Shown in pieces: positions 28,749-38,814 of a DNA stretch of 64,000 nt; the stretch's first letter is position 1, and each line of letters starts with the position of its first letter. The notes under the pieces are model-generated. The model had not been told where the DNA came from, did not search any database, and saw only the letters and a list, made by a program, of their open reading frames with translations. Source of the DNA: a virus. The stretch is taken from the IMG/VR virus record IMGVR_UViG_3300032893_000016, positions 1 through 64,000 of that record; one strand, written 5' to 3'. Made by a program: the position numbers and the translations under genes.

Positions 28749-29431
28749 TGTACAGCTCCGCTCCCGTTCAGGACCTTCTTAGGGTCCGTCTTCTTAAGAT
28801 GCTCATCCAGTGCCTTGTGGAACTGGCGCATGATGAAGTTGGGGTCGCCGTTCGCGCCCGTCTCCCGCCCATTGGGAGCCATGAAGGCAATCGCACTGGC
28901 GGGAATGCCGGGGATCAGGTCCTTACCATCCTTGCCCGTGTGCTCGCGTACTTGAGTTTCCTTCTGGACCCAAGCGTTGAACAGACGCAGCAGAAGCTGA
29001 TTGTCGCCGGGCACCCACTTCTGGTACGGAACCATCTTGGGTTCGCCCTCGAGGTCATTGCCCTGCTCATCCTTGGCACCCTTGCCATGGTACTGGAGCT
29101 TGCCATTCTTTGACTGATGGCGGTAGGCGGTCGTCCAGTAACCCATCGCTCGCTTGTACGTTTCGGTTGCGACGCAGACGCCAAGTTCGGTCTGGCCTTC
29201 ATCGTAGCTGAACCGAAAGTACTTATCGAACGTATCGGCATCAATGCCGAGCAACTCGTAGCAGGTCGACTTCGGCGTCCGCATGGACGAGCAGAAGCGT
29301 ACCCATTGGCGGTCACGCTCGCTGGGCTCATAAGGAGGGCGCCCTTCTCCGCTCCCAATGCGATGCTCATTGGTACGCCTATCAGGCGTACCATCCAACT
29401 TAATGCGCGGCCGTTTCTCTTGCTTGGCCAT
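28745..29431 (-). CDS. terS: Terminase small subunit
   Basis: GRPP plus HTH; KRAMGY; EHTGKDG; overlaps the terL start. Confidence 0.8.
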   Translation of the reverse strand: MAKQEKRPRIKLDGTPDRRTNEHRIGSGEGRPPYEPSERDRQWVRFCSSMRTPKSTCYELLGIDADTFDKYFRFSYDEGQTELGVCVATETYKRAMGYWTTAYRHQSKNGKLQYHGKGAKDEQGNDLEGEPKMVPYQKWVPGDNQLLLRLFNAWVQKETQVREHTGKDGKDLIPGIPASAIAFMAPNGRETGANGDPNFIMRQFHKALDEHLKKTDPKKVLNGSGAVH

Positions 29432-29442
29432 AGTACTTCCCC

Positions 29443-29829
29443 TTACCGATAGGCGATTTTGATGATGGCTTGGCGTGCGTAGTACCGCAGGCCATTGGTC
29501 ACCATGTTACACTGAACTCTGTACTCAGCCCCAAGCGTGCCACCGGCGAAATGGGCGACGCTCAGGTACGAAGTATTGGCGATACCCGCATGGATGTACT
29601 TTGGGCTGCCATCATCCCCCGGCGTCAGGCCATAGTCGACCTTGACACCATCAGCGAAGGCCAGCCATTCAGCAGCGGGGTCATCCGTGTCGCGGCTAGG
29701 CACAATCCAGAATACGGAGGCGATCGTATCATTGATCGCCTGCAACTCACGTGTCAGGTCACAGGTATAGTCGAGGGTTTCGGCGGGCGACTTGGTGAAC
29801 AGCTTTGGTACGATAATGGTGTCCATCAA
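29443..29829 (-). CDS. Small beta-sandwich virion/fibre adaptor protein
   Basis: KSPAETLDY..D and GGT.G..Y.V motifs. Confidence 0.55.
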   Translation of the reverse strand: MMDTIIVPKLFTKSPAETLDYTCDLTRELQAINDTIASVFWIVPSRDTDDPAAEWLAFADGVKVDYGLTPGDDGSPKYIHAGIANTSYLSVAHFAGGTLGAEYRVQCNMVTNGLRYYARQAIIKIAYR

Positions 29830-32150
29830 AGTTGCCGATCATCCACAAGGGTTGCGAAGCCACGATCGTCCACCGACAAGGCGAACTGCCGGTCGTCGAT
29901 TATAGTACCGAAGAAACGTTCCCGTGCCGGGCTGCCAAACCCGAGGGTTGACAGCAGCATGCGGGCATCCTCGACCACCGCCAAAAGATGCTCGATTTGG
30001 AGGGTGTAGAGGCTGGCATGCGCCAGCACTCCCCCTTCCACGGGAAATTTCCAATTCTGGACCAAATTCCCGGCCGTCAACAAGGGAATGCGCGCCAGCC
30101 CGGCTTGGGCTGCCAGTTCCTCAAGGACGGCCTTAGCGGCGCTCCTAGAGGCTGTCAGGTTCTCCAGCGCAAAGACTGTGTTACTCCGGATGGGAGCGAG
30201 CATGTCCCACGGCATCTTGGCATCACCGGAAACCCGCGCCAGCTCCTCCAGCGCCATCTTGGCGGCCCGGCTGGCGCTGACTAGCGCCTCGAGTTGCAGG
30301 ATGGCTTTTGTCGCGGCCCCGGCCAACGCCTCAACAGGCATGCTGACCTTGGACCGCAGGTCTGCAATCCGCTCGTTGGGGAACGTGACGGAACGCGACA
30401 CAGTACCGAATAACAGCTCAACCGGCATCTGCACCGACCGTGCGCAGGTCACAAGCTCCTCAAGGCGCATGGCCAACGTAACCGCGGCTGCTACGCCGGC
30501 GTCTTCAAGGAAGGTGGCATTACGCCTGATGCTGGCGGATGCGTCCGTGATGAACTGATATTGTTGCTGGACCTGCCCGATGAACTCGAGCGGGAAGATG
30601 CTCTCCTGATCAACTCGGATCAGGCCCGTCAACTCCATCGGGTACTTGGCCGTGGCGTTGACAAGCTGGGACACCACCACCGGAAAGCCATACTGAATAT
30701 TGAACAGGCCGTGCGTCTCAATGTTGAACGGCAATGTGGACGTGATGCGTCCAATCAACTCGAACGGCATCTGCGCGCGCCCGATCAGGGCGGACAAATA
30801 CTCGTTGGGGAAGACCCAGTTGGTCGGCCGCACCGAAGCAAGTACTTCTTCCTGTAAGGGCTGGTTGACCTGCACCTTGCCCGCGGTCTCAACCAACATG
30901 GCCGCTTGGGCACGAAGGTTGCCGATGAACTCCATCGGGACGCGCTTGTCGGCGTTGATGAACCCGATCATTTCCAGAAGCAGCTTGGACTGCTTCGTGA
31001 CAGCGACCGACGTGTCCATGTTGAAAGCGTACGACATGCGCATCAGCGCGAAAGGAATCTCGAAGGGCATGTTGGCATTGCCCGCGATCCCGCCCGCGGT
31101 CTCGGTCGGCATCACTTGCGTGCGCCCGGCCGTCAGCAACCATTCATCCGCGAACTTATACTGAACCTTCTCAGACGTACTCGTATCCATCAGCATCTTG
31201 GCGTTGGACACGAACGTGTGCTGAAGCAAAGTTTCCAGCGGGAAGTTGCGCGAAGCAAGCACGCTAATAATGGTCTGGCTATTCTCACCGTACATAGTCA
31301 CCAAGCGGCGCACGATCGTCAACCGCTCCTGCACCAGCTTGGCGTCGCGCTTGATGGCGCTGGACGCATCCATCGGGCTGACACCCGACACGCGCATATT
31401 TGTCACGTCATCGGTCAGGATCACCCACGGAAAATTCAATGTGGCACGCGTGTCGACCAGCATCTTGGCGAACGCCAGAACGCTCAGGCCCGCTGCGTTC
31501 AAGGCCAACATGGGAAGGCTGACCTGAACGCTGGACAACTCCTCCAACGCCAGCTTGGTACTGGCACGGAGCAAACCATTTGGCTCAATCTGGAACGCGT
31601 AGGTGCCATTCATACTGGCCGCAATGGTCAGCAGGAAAGGAATATCTTTATTCCACTGACTATGGCTCTCTTCCGGCACCTGCGCGTTGCCCACGACTGA
31701 TGCCAGCTCTTCGGCAGGCATTAAACCCTGACCGCGAGCAGCAACCAATTCTTCCAGCGAAAGCGACCAACCGTTGCCTTTGATGTTTGCCGCAGCATCG
31801 ATGACGAAGTTGGTATTCTGAACCCACGCACCCTGCGTATCCATCGGCATCTTGCCAAAGCCAAGGATGCTGAAGCCCGCGGTATTTAGTGAGTACAGAA
31901 CGACGTTGCTGTTGACCGAGATGAGTTCTTCAAGCGCGGGCTTGACATTGCCGCGGATGCTGGACAGGTCCTCGGAAGCAAACAAGCCCTTTACATTGAA
32001 GCTACCCGCATTGTCGGTGTACGCAATGCCCTGCCCCCGCACGCTGTCCAGTACCTCGACCTGGAAACTCCACGAAGAGGTAATGGAGAAGGATTTGATG
32101 GCCAGGTAAACTTGCGGCTTGAAAGCTTGACTTCTACCTAGCCGTGCCAT
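29826..32150 (-). CDS. 774 aa protein built from degenerate 14-residue repeats
   Basis: Periodic [MFL]-P-h-E-x-L pattern; coupled to neighbouring genes. Confidence 0.75.
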   Translation of the reverse strand: MARLGRSQAFKPQVYLAIKSFSITSSWSFQVEVLDSVRGQGIAYTDNAGSFNVKGLFASEDLSSIRGNVKPALEELISVNSNVVLYSLNTAGFSILGFGKMPMDTQGAWVQNTNFVIDAAANIKGNGWSLSLEELVAARGQGLMPAEELASVVGNAQVPEESHSQWNKDIPFLLTIAASMNGTYAFQIEPNGLLRASTKLALEELSSVQVSLPMLALNAAGLSVLAFAKMLVDTRATLNFPWVILTDDVTNMRVSGVSPMDASSAIKRDAKLVQERLTIVRRLVTMYGENSQTIISVLASRNFPLETLLQHTFVSNAKMLMDTSTSEKVQYKFADEWLLTAGRTQVMPTETAGGIAGNANMPFEIPFALMRMSYAFNMDTSVAVTKQSKLLLEMIGFINADKRVPMEFIGNLRAQAAMLVETAGKVQVNQPLQEEVLASVRPTNWVFPNEYLSALIGRAQMPFELIGRITSTLPFNIETHGLFNIQYGFPVVVSQLVNATAKYPMELTGLIRVDQESIFPLEFIGQVQQQYQFITDASASIRRNATFLEDAGVAAAVTLAMRLEELVTCARSVQMPVELLFGTVSRSVTFPNERIADLRSKVSMPVEALAGAATKAILQLEALVSASRAAKMALEELARVSGDAKMPWDMLAPIRSNTVFALENLTASRSAAKAVLEELAAQAGLARIPLLTAGNLVQNWKFPVEGGVLAHASLYTLQIEHLLAVVEDARMLLSTLGFGSPARERFFGTIIDDRQFALSVDDRGFATLVDDRQL

Positions 32151-32153
32151 TGG

Positions 32154-33413
32154 TCACCAGAAACTTGCGCGTCTCACCGCTTGCATAATGACGAGTTGTT
32201 CGTTCGGGATACTCACATTGGCACCATCCCACGGCGTGAAAGTTGAAGCGTTAGACGGCTTACCGGATGCAAGCGGGTCAAAGATCAAAGCATCACTAGT
32301 GTTAGCACCACCAAAGCAGGGGTACCAAGGGAGAGTGATACTCCACGTCGTGCCTTTGGTACTTGTTCCTATATTGCCGAAACCGCCAACTTGTGCATCA
32401 GGAGATGCAGCCGCATCATCATTCCAGTATCCAGTATTGGGATCGTAAATCCACATCCCGCCGTTGCCGGTACCATCAGAGATAACGGCAACGTACCCCT
32501 TATTTGAGGTATTGATAATCTCGCGGGACATGTTGGTGTCAAAGCCATTGGTGCCCCAAAAAGTAATGGTTCCACTACCTGGATCAAAATTACCGCAACC
32601 CGCACCATCAGCATTGTCAATACCGTGCGCCAGATCTTTGGCGCTATCAGCAACACCAACTTCAGCGTTGACAACAGAACCGCCGCCTGTGAAACCAAAG
32701 ATGGCTGAGAAGGAACCAAAACGCGGCAACGAACCACGAACCATTCTATCAGTACCAGAGGCATTGATAGTAACGGTCAGGTTGGAATTTGATAAGGTTA
32801 GGTTTGTACCAGAGTCGTAGGGGTTAAGCGTCGAATTATCAGCCAACAACTCAAACGTAAGTTGAACATGCCCCGACGAAGCAGATACTCCAACACTAGC
32901 AGTCGACCAACTAGTAACACCACCATTGGTATCGCTGATGGCCGCAAAGCCGGTATTGGCCGCCGTGCGGATCGTCATGCCGGTTGGCGCGACGTTCACA
33001 GATGCAGCGGATGCTGTACGATGCCCCGCGCAACCTACGCTCCAAGAATTCCCACCACTCTGAATAAATGTTCCGGTTGTCGGATAAGCAATTGTACTGC
33101 TGACTGCACCGGATACCGCAGGCGATACACCAATACCCTTGACACCGCGATAAACAGCGCAAGCCAGACCACTTGCGTTTGTAAATGTACCAGATGTATC
33201 CGACGCATTGGTACAAGTACGAAAATAAGCACCACCCCAAGTCGAGGTAGTCGTGCCTGTTTTGATCGGCAACCATCCTGAAGGAATGGTCGGTGCGGAA
33301 GTAGAACCACTCCGAAATACCCACATAACCTCCAAGTCGCCAATTTGACGACTGGAAGGCATTGTCAGACTTGTTGCAGCCGCTGAATTGGCATTAATGA
33401 AGCTGATGGCCAT
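32154..33413 (-). CDS. Putative receptor-binding/lectin-like virion protein with a SPRY-like C-terminal domain
   Basis: S/T/G-rich; TLNPYD..LTLSNSNLT resembles the start of a SPRY domain; lower GC than neighbours. Confidence 0.6.
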   Translation of the reverse strand: MAISFINANSAAATSLTMPSSRQIGDLEVMWVFRSGSTSAPTIPSGWLPIKTGTTTSTWGGAYFRTCTNASDTSGTFTNASGLACAVYRGVKGIGVSPAVSGAVSSTIAYPTTGTFIQSGGNSWSVGCAGHRTASAASVNVAPTGMTIRTAANTGFAAISDTNGGVTSWSTASVGVSASSGHVQLTFELLADNSTLNPYDSGTNLTLSNSNLTVTINASGTDRMVRGSLPRFGSFSAIFGFTGGGSVVNAEVGVADSAKDLAHGIDNADGAGCGNFDPGSGTITFWGTNGFDTNMSREIINTSNKGYVAVISDGTGNGGMWIYDPNTGYWNDDAAASPDAQVGGFGNIGTSTKGTTWSITLPWYPCFGGANTSDALIFDPLASGKPSNASTFTPWDGANVSIPNEQLVIMQAVRRASFW

Positions 33414-33416
33414 GGT

Positions 33417-33755
33417 TCAGCTATCCGCTGTGTAAGGAGCGCATCCCGGGATTACAATGTCTCCACTTATGATCTTTGATCGTGCATCCGCCTGAGCTGC
33501 AACCGCGTCGGAATAAGTATCTGTCACGGTCTCATTGAAGACACATCCACCTTCAGGGCGAACCTGAGTTAAAAACAAAGGCGGGTTAGCATCATGACGC
33601 AACCCACAAAGTTGAGTTGTAATTACATAACCTGCAAGACTGGTGTCATTCAAAAGCACCTGACCGGGATGTTCCTCACAAAATGCCCGCCACTCTTCTT
33701 CCGACGCCGAAACGATGTTGTTGGCATCGTCCAGAATATAGTAGGCGAGCGCCAC
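33417..33755 (-). CDS. Hypothetical protein
   Basis: GAGG RBS; within the module. Confidence 0.55.
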   Translation of the reverse strand: MALAYYILDDANNIVSASEEEWRAFCEEHPGQVLLNDTSLAGYVITTQLCGLRHDANPPLFLTQVRPEGGCVFNETVTDTYSDAVAAQADARSKIISGDIVIPGCAPYTADS

Positions 33756-33767
33756 AGCAGCTACCTC

Positions 33768-34277
33768 TTACAGGAACTTCAACTTCACGTACCCAGTCAA
33801 GCCGACGGTCGAACCAAAGGCCGCGCGGATGCGCGTGAACTTGTTGGCGGTCAGGATCGGTTCCTGATCCAAGGGAATCTGGTACAAGAACTGGGTGGTC
33901 GGTGCGATCTGCTGGGGACCGCACAGATTACGTACGGTTGTAATCGAACCCTCCGCACTGGCGGTGTAGCCCGACGCCGACGTACCAACGCTGATGTAGC
34001 TGGACGTGGGGTCGCCGCTGTTGAACCAAAGCGCTTCGCCATCCACGGCCGTGATATCCGCCGCGACAAAGGCCGTCACTGTGGCCGCAACGTCCGTCTC
34101 GATCAGTTCGACCGTGCCGGGCGCGGCGGCGGCGTAGGCGTTACCGGAAAAGCCCCACTCAATAATCTTGCAGGGCACCAACGGCTTGATCTGCAAGATG
34201 GTCTTTAGTGTACTGACGTTGACCGGGACAAAAGCAGCCGTAGTATTCTTCGGTCCGTTGAATAGTTGATACAACAT
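33768..34277 (-). CDS. Beta-rich virion structural protein
   Basis: 169 aa, beta-rich; GAGG RBS. Confidence 0.6.
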   Translation of the reverse strand: MLYQLFNGPKNTTAAFVPVNVSTLKTILQIKPLVPCKIIEWGFSGNAYAAAAPGTVELIETDVAATVTAFVAADITAVDGEALWFNSGDPTSSYISVGTSASGYTASAEGSITTVRNLCGPQQIAPTTQFLYQIPLDQEPILTANKFTRIRAAFGSTVGLTGYVKLKFL

Positions 34278-34374
34278 TTCGTCAGCTTCCTCTCAGGTAG
34301 CGCCAAAGTATGGAGGGCGGTGATCTAATCTTTCACCTTGCGGCTTATCCCTTACACAGAGGCCGCCCACAAAC

Positions 34375-35646
34375 TTAGGTCGTCTGCCCGGCAGCGCGGA
34401 GGGTGAATGACGTCTGACCAGGAGCCGCACCAGCGAGCAGCATGAGATTGAGCCACATGGCTTGCGCGCCCGCGCTATTGGGCGCGGCACCATTGGGCAG
34501 ATTCTGCGGTGAAGGCACATTCTCGGATTGCGGGGAAGCACCATTGGTGAAGTACTGATTGACCGCCGCACCGTTGCTGTGCGTGGCAGCCGTCGAACCC
34601 ATGACACCGCGCACGATCGTCCAGGTATTGGTACCTGCGCCCGCCGTGACCTGCACAATTTCGTTGTCGATCTGAACGTAGAAGCCACCTTGCGTGATGG
34701 ACTGCGGAAAGGACGCATTGGCCGTCACGGTCATCGACGTCGCGCCCGTGCTGGCGATAGCACCATTCAGCGTGGTGTTGGCAAGGCTGGCCAAGCCGGT
34801 GATGGGGGCGGTCTGACGATTGGTCACCGTGCCCGTATCATTCAAGGACGAGCACAGCGCGAAGTTCAGGTAGCCGGTACTGGGGTCGGCCTGTTTGGAC
34901 AAGCTGGCCACAGTCAAGGCGGTCGCGGTGTTATTGTTGACCGCGAACACCTTCTCAAAGAACCAGCGGGTCGAACCGCCCGCCACGTCGGCGGCCACAT
35001 TGTAGAACGGACGACGCACCTGGGTGACCTGATTGGGCGACAGATCGAACAGCATGCCATTGTACACGCTGTACACGCTGGTGTTGTCGGGCACCACGGA
35101 CCAGTTGCGATTGACCGCGACGAAGTCCGTACCATAGCTGCTGTTGTCGATAACCTGACGAAGCTGGCCAGCACCGGTGCCACTGATAACGCGGATGATC
35201 ATGCCGACCAAAGCATTGACGCCATCACCGCTCTGCAGCTTGGCCAGCGCCGGGGTAATGCCGGAGGCGTTGGCGGAGCCGCTCTGCATAGTGTGCGAAG
35301 CAATGACCGCGGTGTGCTGGAGCACGGCAATATCGCCGACGGCCGTCGTGCCACCCTGCACCGCCTTCATCAAACGCTGGAACGTGACAGCGCCGCTGAC
35401 AAGGGTGGTACCGTTCAACGTTTTGGTTTCGGTGACGATCGTGCCGCTGGTATTGCGGCCCGAAGTGGTAATCGTGGTGGCGGTATCCGAACCGCTGGAC
35501 GAAAGGTAGTCGACGGTGTCATTGGACCCAAGGTCATCAAAGACCATCTTGGTCGCGAACGAAACCGCGCCGCCCGTGGTCGAACCATCGGTGTCGGGCG
35601 AGTTGGCAGAGCCGTAAAACGTGCAGTCAGAAGGCAGAACGCTCAT
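34375..35646 (-). CDS. Virion structural protein (Thr/Ser/Gly-rich, multi-domain)
   Basis: TTLNGAI..IDNEIV..RG..G.TAATH module; ISGTGAGQ.R motif typical of tail/fibre proteins. Confidence 0.7.
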   Translation of the reverse strand: MSVLPSDCTFYGSANSPDTDGSTTGGAVSFATKMVFDDLGSNDTVDYLSSSGSDTATTITTSGRNTSGTIVTETKTLNGTTLVSGAVTFQRLMKAVQGGTTAVGDIAVLQHTAVIASHTMQSGSANASGITPALAKLQSGDGVNALVGMIIRVISGTGAGQLRQVIDNSSYGTDFVAVNRNWSVVPDNTSVYSVYNGMLFDLSPNQVTQVRRPFYNVAADVAGGSTRWFFEKVFAVNNNTATALTVASLSKQADPSTGYLNFALCSSLNDTGTVTNRQTAPITGLASLANTTLNGAIASTGATSMTVTANASFPQSITQGGFYVQIDNEIVQVTAGAGTNTWTIVRGVMGSTAATHSNGAAVNQYFTNGASPQSENVPSPQNLPNGAAPNSAGAQAMWLNLMLLAGAAPGQTSFTLRAAGQTT

Positions 35647-35711
35647 CGTCGATCCTTTTCAACAAGGGTTGGGTCAACGCCAGCGAACGCCGGCGTAAAT
35701 TCAGGGGCGAA

Positions 35712-35960
35712 CTAGAAGTTGTTAAGGGCCTCGAAATAGTCGCGCGTTACTTCACCGCACACATTCGAGAAAAAGTACTCTTCACCGTGACAGCGCACGG
35801 CCATGACGCGCTCTCCTGTGGCATACACGGTAGAGAAACCGAACCAGCTATCCACGCGCTTGATTCTGTTTCGAACTTCTAGCGAAGCCACATGGCGGTT
35901 GCATTTGGTACACCAAATACCAACGGTACCATTATCAAGCGTGATCGTAAGATCACCCAC
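35712..35960 (-). CDS. Hypothetical protein
   Basis: CTKC..CHG; packed operon. Confidence 0.5.
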   Translation of the reverse strand: MGDLTITLDNGTVGIWCTKCNRHVASLEVRNRIKRVDSWFGFSTVYATGERVMAVRCHGEEYFFSNVCGEVTRDYFEALNNF

Positions 35961-36219
35961 GGCAGAAGCAGTCTACGGCTTCAACTCTGTCGGGCTTGAG
36001 GCCGCCGTAATCCCACTCGGTGATGAGGAATAGCACACAATGCCATTCCTTCTCGGTGAGCTGGCCAAGGGTAACTATGCCGGGCTTGAACCATTCCCAG
36101 CCGCGTGTGCAGACAAAGCCTTGCGCTTCCAGGTACTGATGCGGCCCCGTGTCGTCAATAGGGTCGCCAAAATACCCTTCCATCAGCTCGCGGACTTCGT
36201 CACTTGCTTGCGGCATCAC
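35953..36219 (-). CDS. Hypothetical protein
   Basis: Packed operon; FLITEWDYG. Confidence 0.55.
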   Translation of the reverse strand: MMPQASDEVRELMEGYFGDPIDDTGPHQYLEAQGFVCTRGWEWFKPGIVTLGQLTEKEWHCVLFLITEWDYGGLKPDRVEAVDCFCRG

Positions 36220-36511
36220 GCACCAGACTTATGGGCAGCACGATCGTGGGCTTCTCGCCTATGTGGCAGCACTCTTCAGCCGCAAGGCCGAGCCAATGCC
36301 CCGTGTGGCTGACCACCAAGGTCGGCGTCAACTCGCTTACCCACATGCCAAGCAGCGCTTTCAGTTCCGCTTCATGGCGGATGGCTTGCGCTTTCATTTG
36401 ATTGCGTACAGCCATCAGGCGAAGCTCATCCCATTCCTTCGCTCGTTTCCAGAAGGAGGGGTCGCTGATCGGTCTGGAGAATAGAGGAACAGCGCGGGGG
36501 AGTTCTCTCAT
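36200..36511 (-). CDS. Hypothetical protein
   Basis: Packed operon. Confidence 0.5.
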   Translation of the reverse strand: MRELPRAVPLFSRPISDPSFWKRAKEWDELRLMAVRNQMKAQAIRHEAELKALLGMWVSELTPTLVVSHTGHWLGLAAEECCHIGEKPTIVLPISLVRDAASK

Positions 36512-36708
36512 CTGCGCAGCACCAAGTACAAGCCAAAGGCCGCGAAGCCTAAGCCCACGATCAACAGCAGGAACTGAATATCATCGCGCGACACGATGCT
36601 TGTCCTTGATGCATTGCCAAACGTACAACGGGGTCAATAGGAGGATGACAGCGACACAGAACCAGAAAGACTGCCAGCGGCTGTACCCATGCTTATTGTA
36701 CCCGGGCA

Positions 36709-36918
36709 TCAGCGGCTACCAAGTCCCTCGCAATTGTCGCCACGTGCGCGAATCGTACCTTTCGCGACGCGATCATCCAGCAGCGCCTTGAGTGCCGGCG
36801 TACCTTTTTCGCACGACCAGCCATTCGGGCCCATCGTCAAATACCGGCAGCACTCGAGCTGCCCGACCTTGCACACCGCCTTGACGTACATATCATCAGG
36901 ATACTGTGGCTTCAGCAT
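36709..36918 (-). CDS. Small Cys-rich protein
   Basis: C..G...CCRYL....C.K..RGDNC. Confidence 0.65.
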   Translation of the reverse strand: MLKPQYPDDMYVKAVCKVGQLECCRYLTMGPNGWSCEKGTPALKALLDDRVAKGTIRARGDNCEGLGSR

Positions 36919-37218
36919 CTAATGCTTCCACCTGGTTGGATGCGTAAGCCCTTCGCGAAGCATGGCCTTGGCTTTTTCCGCCTCGGCCAATTCGGCAGGC
37001 GTCAGGAACACACAGCTCAGCGAACCATCACCAAGGCAAACGCGCTCCCCATCAATGTCCTTGACGAGTACGCGACGCAAGCTGGGGTAAATAGCCAGCA
37101 CTTCCACATCGGGCAGGCAATGGCCTTCCATACAATGCCCGTGGATCATTTCACCAACCTTGACTTCGTGGCCATCGCCGGTGTCGATCAAAAGGACCTC
37201 AGGCTGACTTTGCGTCAT
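36919..37218 (-). CDS. Hypothetical protein
   Basis: GGAG RBS before MTQSQ. Confidence 0.5.
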   Translation of the reverse strand: MTQSQPEVLLIDTGDGHEVKVGEMIHGHCMEGHCLPDVEVLAIYPSLRRVLVKDIDGERVCLGDGSLSCVFLTPAELAEAEKAKAMLREGLTHPTRWKH

Positions 37219-37639
37219 GGCGCTCTCCATCCTGCCGCAGGTACGCGACGCGCCCCGCTTGTGTAATCTTCCAAACGGGTACATAGAAGTCGCCAGAACC
37301 TTTGGAGCTGACGACCACGTGCTTCAGATCAGCAAAGCCTTCGCGCGAAAGGTGGGCAACATCTTCATACTCAGACGCAGCGACAAAAAACTCGATACCA
37401 CGATTGCCCTGTTCGAGCAACGCCATCTGGCTAGGCGTAAAGTGTACGATCGTATCGTCAGCCACCGGCAGCCTGTTTCTGAATTGCGAGGCCAGCATAG
37501 TATTGACGGGCGCGGGCTTCGCCAAGCCTTTGTCCGTACTTCAACTCGCGAAGGCTGGGGATAAGCGCCAGCCGCTTCTTCAAAGCTTCCGTCGCTTCGG
37601 TTAGGTACCTTTGGCTTTCGAGTGTCGCTTCCGTGGGCA

Positions 37640-37864
37640 TCAGCCGCCTTCTAAATCCGCCATCTTAATCGTTTCGAGTTCTGAATAGTACTTACGGGCG
37701 CTCTTCTCGGACTTGCGTGCCCCTTTGCGCAACTCCTCCAATGTAGGCAGCGTGCGCAATTTTAGCAAGTACGCATGACCGGTCTGGATGCCGATCTCTA
37801 CGCGCTCAGACCACGGACGATGCCGGACCTTGCTCGGCTTGACGGGCTTCAGTGTCAGAACCAT
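37640..37864 (-). CDS. Small basic protein
   Basis: Packed operon. Confidence 0.45.
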   Translation of the reverse strand: MVLTLKPVKPSKVRHRPWSERVEIGIQTGHAYLLKLRTLPTLEELRKGARKSEKSARKYYSELETIKMADLEGG

Positions 37865-38023
37865 TGGATACCACTCTACGACGGATGCGACCTGTTTTCA
37901 GCTCTTCTGGCGAATAGGAGAATGAAGGCGTCGGGAATTGACCCCGGCTCGACACCGCGCCAGAGCCAAGGCGAGGGGCTTGGGCGGGCGTTTGGGGGAT
38001 GGCTGCCAATGCAGTGCCGCGCT

Positions 38024-38392
38024 TCAGCCACCGTTCCTCCTGGGCCTTGCGCTCGCCCTTGCGGGCATAGTAGGCGCTATCATGGGCGCGTCTGTCTTCT
38101 TTATTTGCGTAGGGCATGATTTCAACCTTGGTAATTCGTCGGGCGGCAAGCCGCTCGCCTTTAAGCCATACCCAAGTACGTTAAGGCAAGTCTCTATATC
38201 GGTAAGTCGGATGGATCGTTCCGCGCGCCACCAGCGACCCAACATATTCTTATTGACGCCGGCGTTATCGGCCAACCAATTGCGAGACCTGCCAATCGCC
38301 ACCAAATGGAAGTGGATGAACCAAACAAGATGATGGGCCTTGGCATGCGGCGCATGCTGGTCAACATTGGCAAGGCCATGCGGGCGGCTCAT
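38024..38392 (-). CDS. XRE-type HTH protein
   Basis: SRNWLADNAGVNKNMLGRW..IRLTDIETCLNVLGYGL. Confidence 0.7.
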   Translation of the reverse strand: MSRPHGLANVDQHAPHAKAHHLVWFIHFHLVAIGRSRNWLADNAGVNKNMLGRWWRAERSIRLTDIETCLNVLGYGLKASGLPPDELPRLKSCPTQIKKTDAPMIAPTMPARASARPRRNGG

Positions 38393-38814
38393 CTGCGGCG
38401 TCGATTGAAACGGAAGTTGTTCAGATTGATAGGCACAGCCGCTGCGGCTTTCATTTCCGCCAGAAAGCTTATGCGCATCCGGCATTCAATGTCCTGCAAG
38501 GCGGTCAGTGCTTGCGCCTCATCACGATTGCAGCGCTGATAGTAAATTTCCACCACCTGCATCGATGTCATACCGATCAGGCTGTTGGCACAGAACTCGC
38601 GCAACCGCTTGGGCAGGATTTCCATACACGCCATTTCCACCACGGCGCGGGCCTCACGACCATCAGCTTCCGCTAAGTTCTTGATATGTATCAGATACCT
38701 AATTACGTCGTCAGCGGACCGAAGCTCCTGCTTTGGTTCCGGGATGACCCAGCTTTGTGCCAAAGCCTGCTGTGCCGGCGTAAGTTCCGCTTCCTTCTTT
38801 AACCGCGATACCAT
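38389..38814 (-). CDS. Hypothetical protein
   Basis: ATGA overlap with the HTH gene; start uncertain. Confidence 0.45.
   Translation of the reverse strand: MVSRLKKEAELTPAQQALAQSWVIPEPKQELRSADDVIRYLIHIKNLAEADGREARAVVEMACMEILPKRLREFCANSLIGMTSMQVVEIYYQRCNRDEAQALTALQDIECRMRISFLAEMKAAAAVPINLNNFRFNRRRR

Noticed and set aside
25122-28955. Plus-strand ORFs of 425 and 455 aa
   Set aside because: Antisense to portal and terL, which have clear motifs
29826-35646. Diversity-generating retroelement acting on fibre genes
   Set aside because: No reverse transcriptase and no template/variable repeat pair seen in the window
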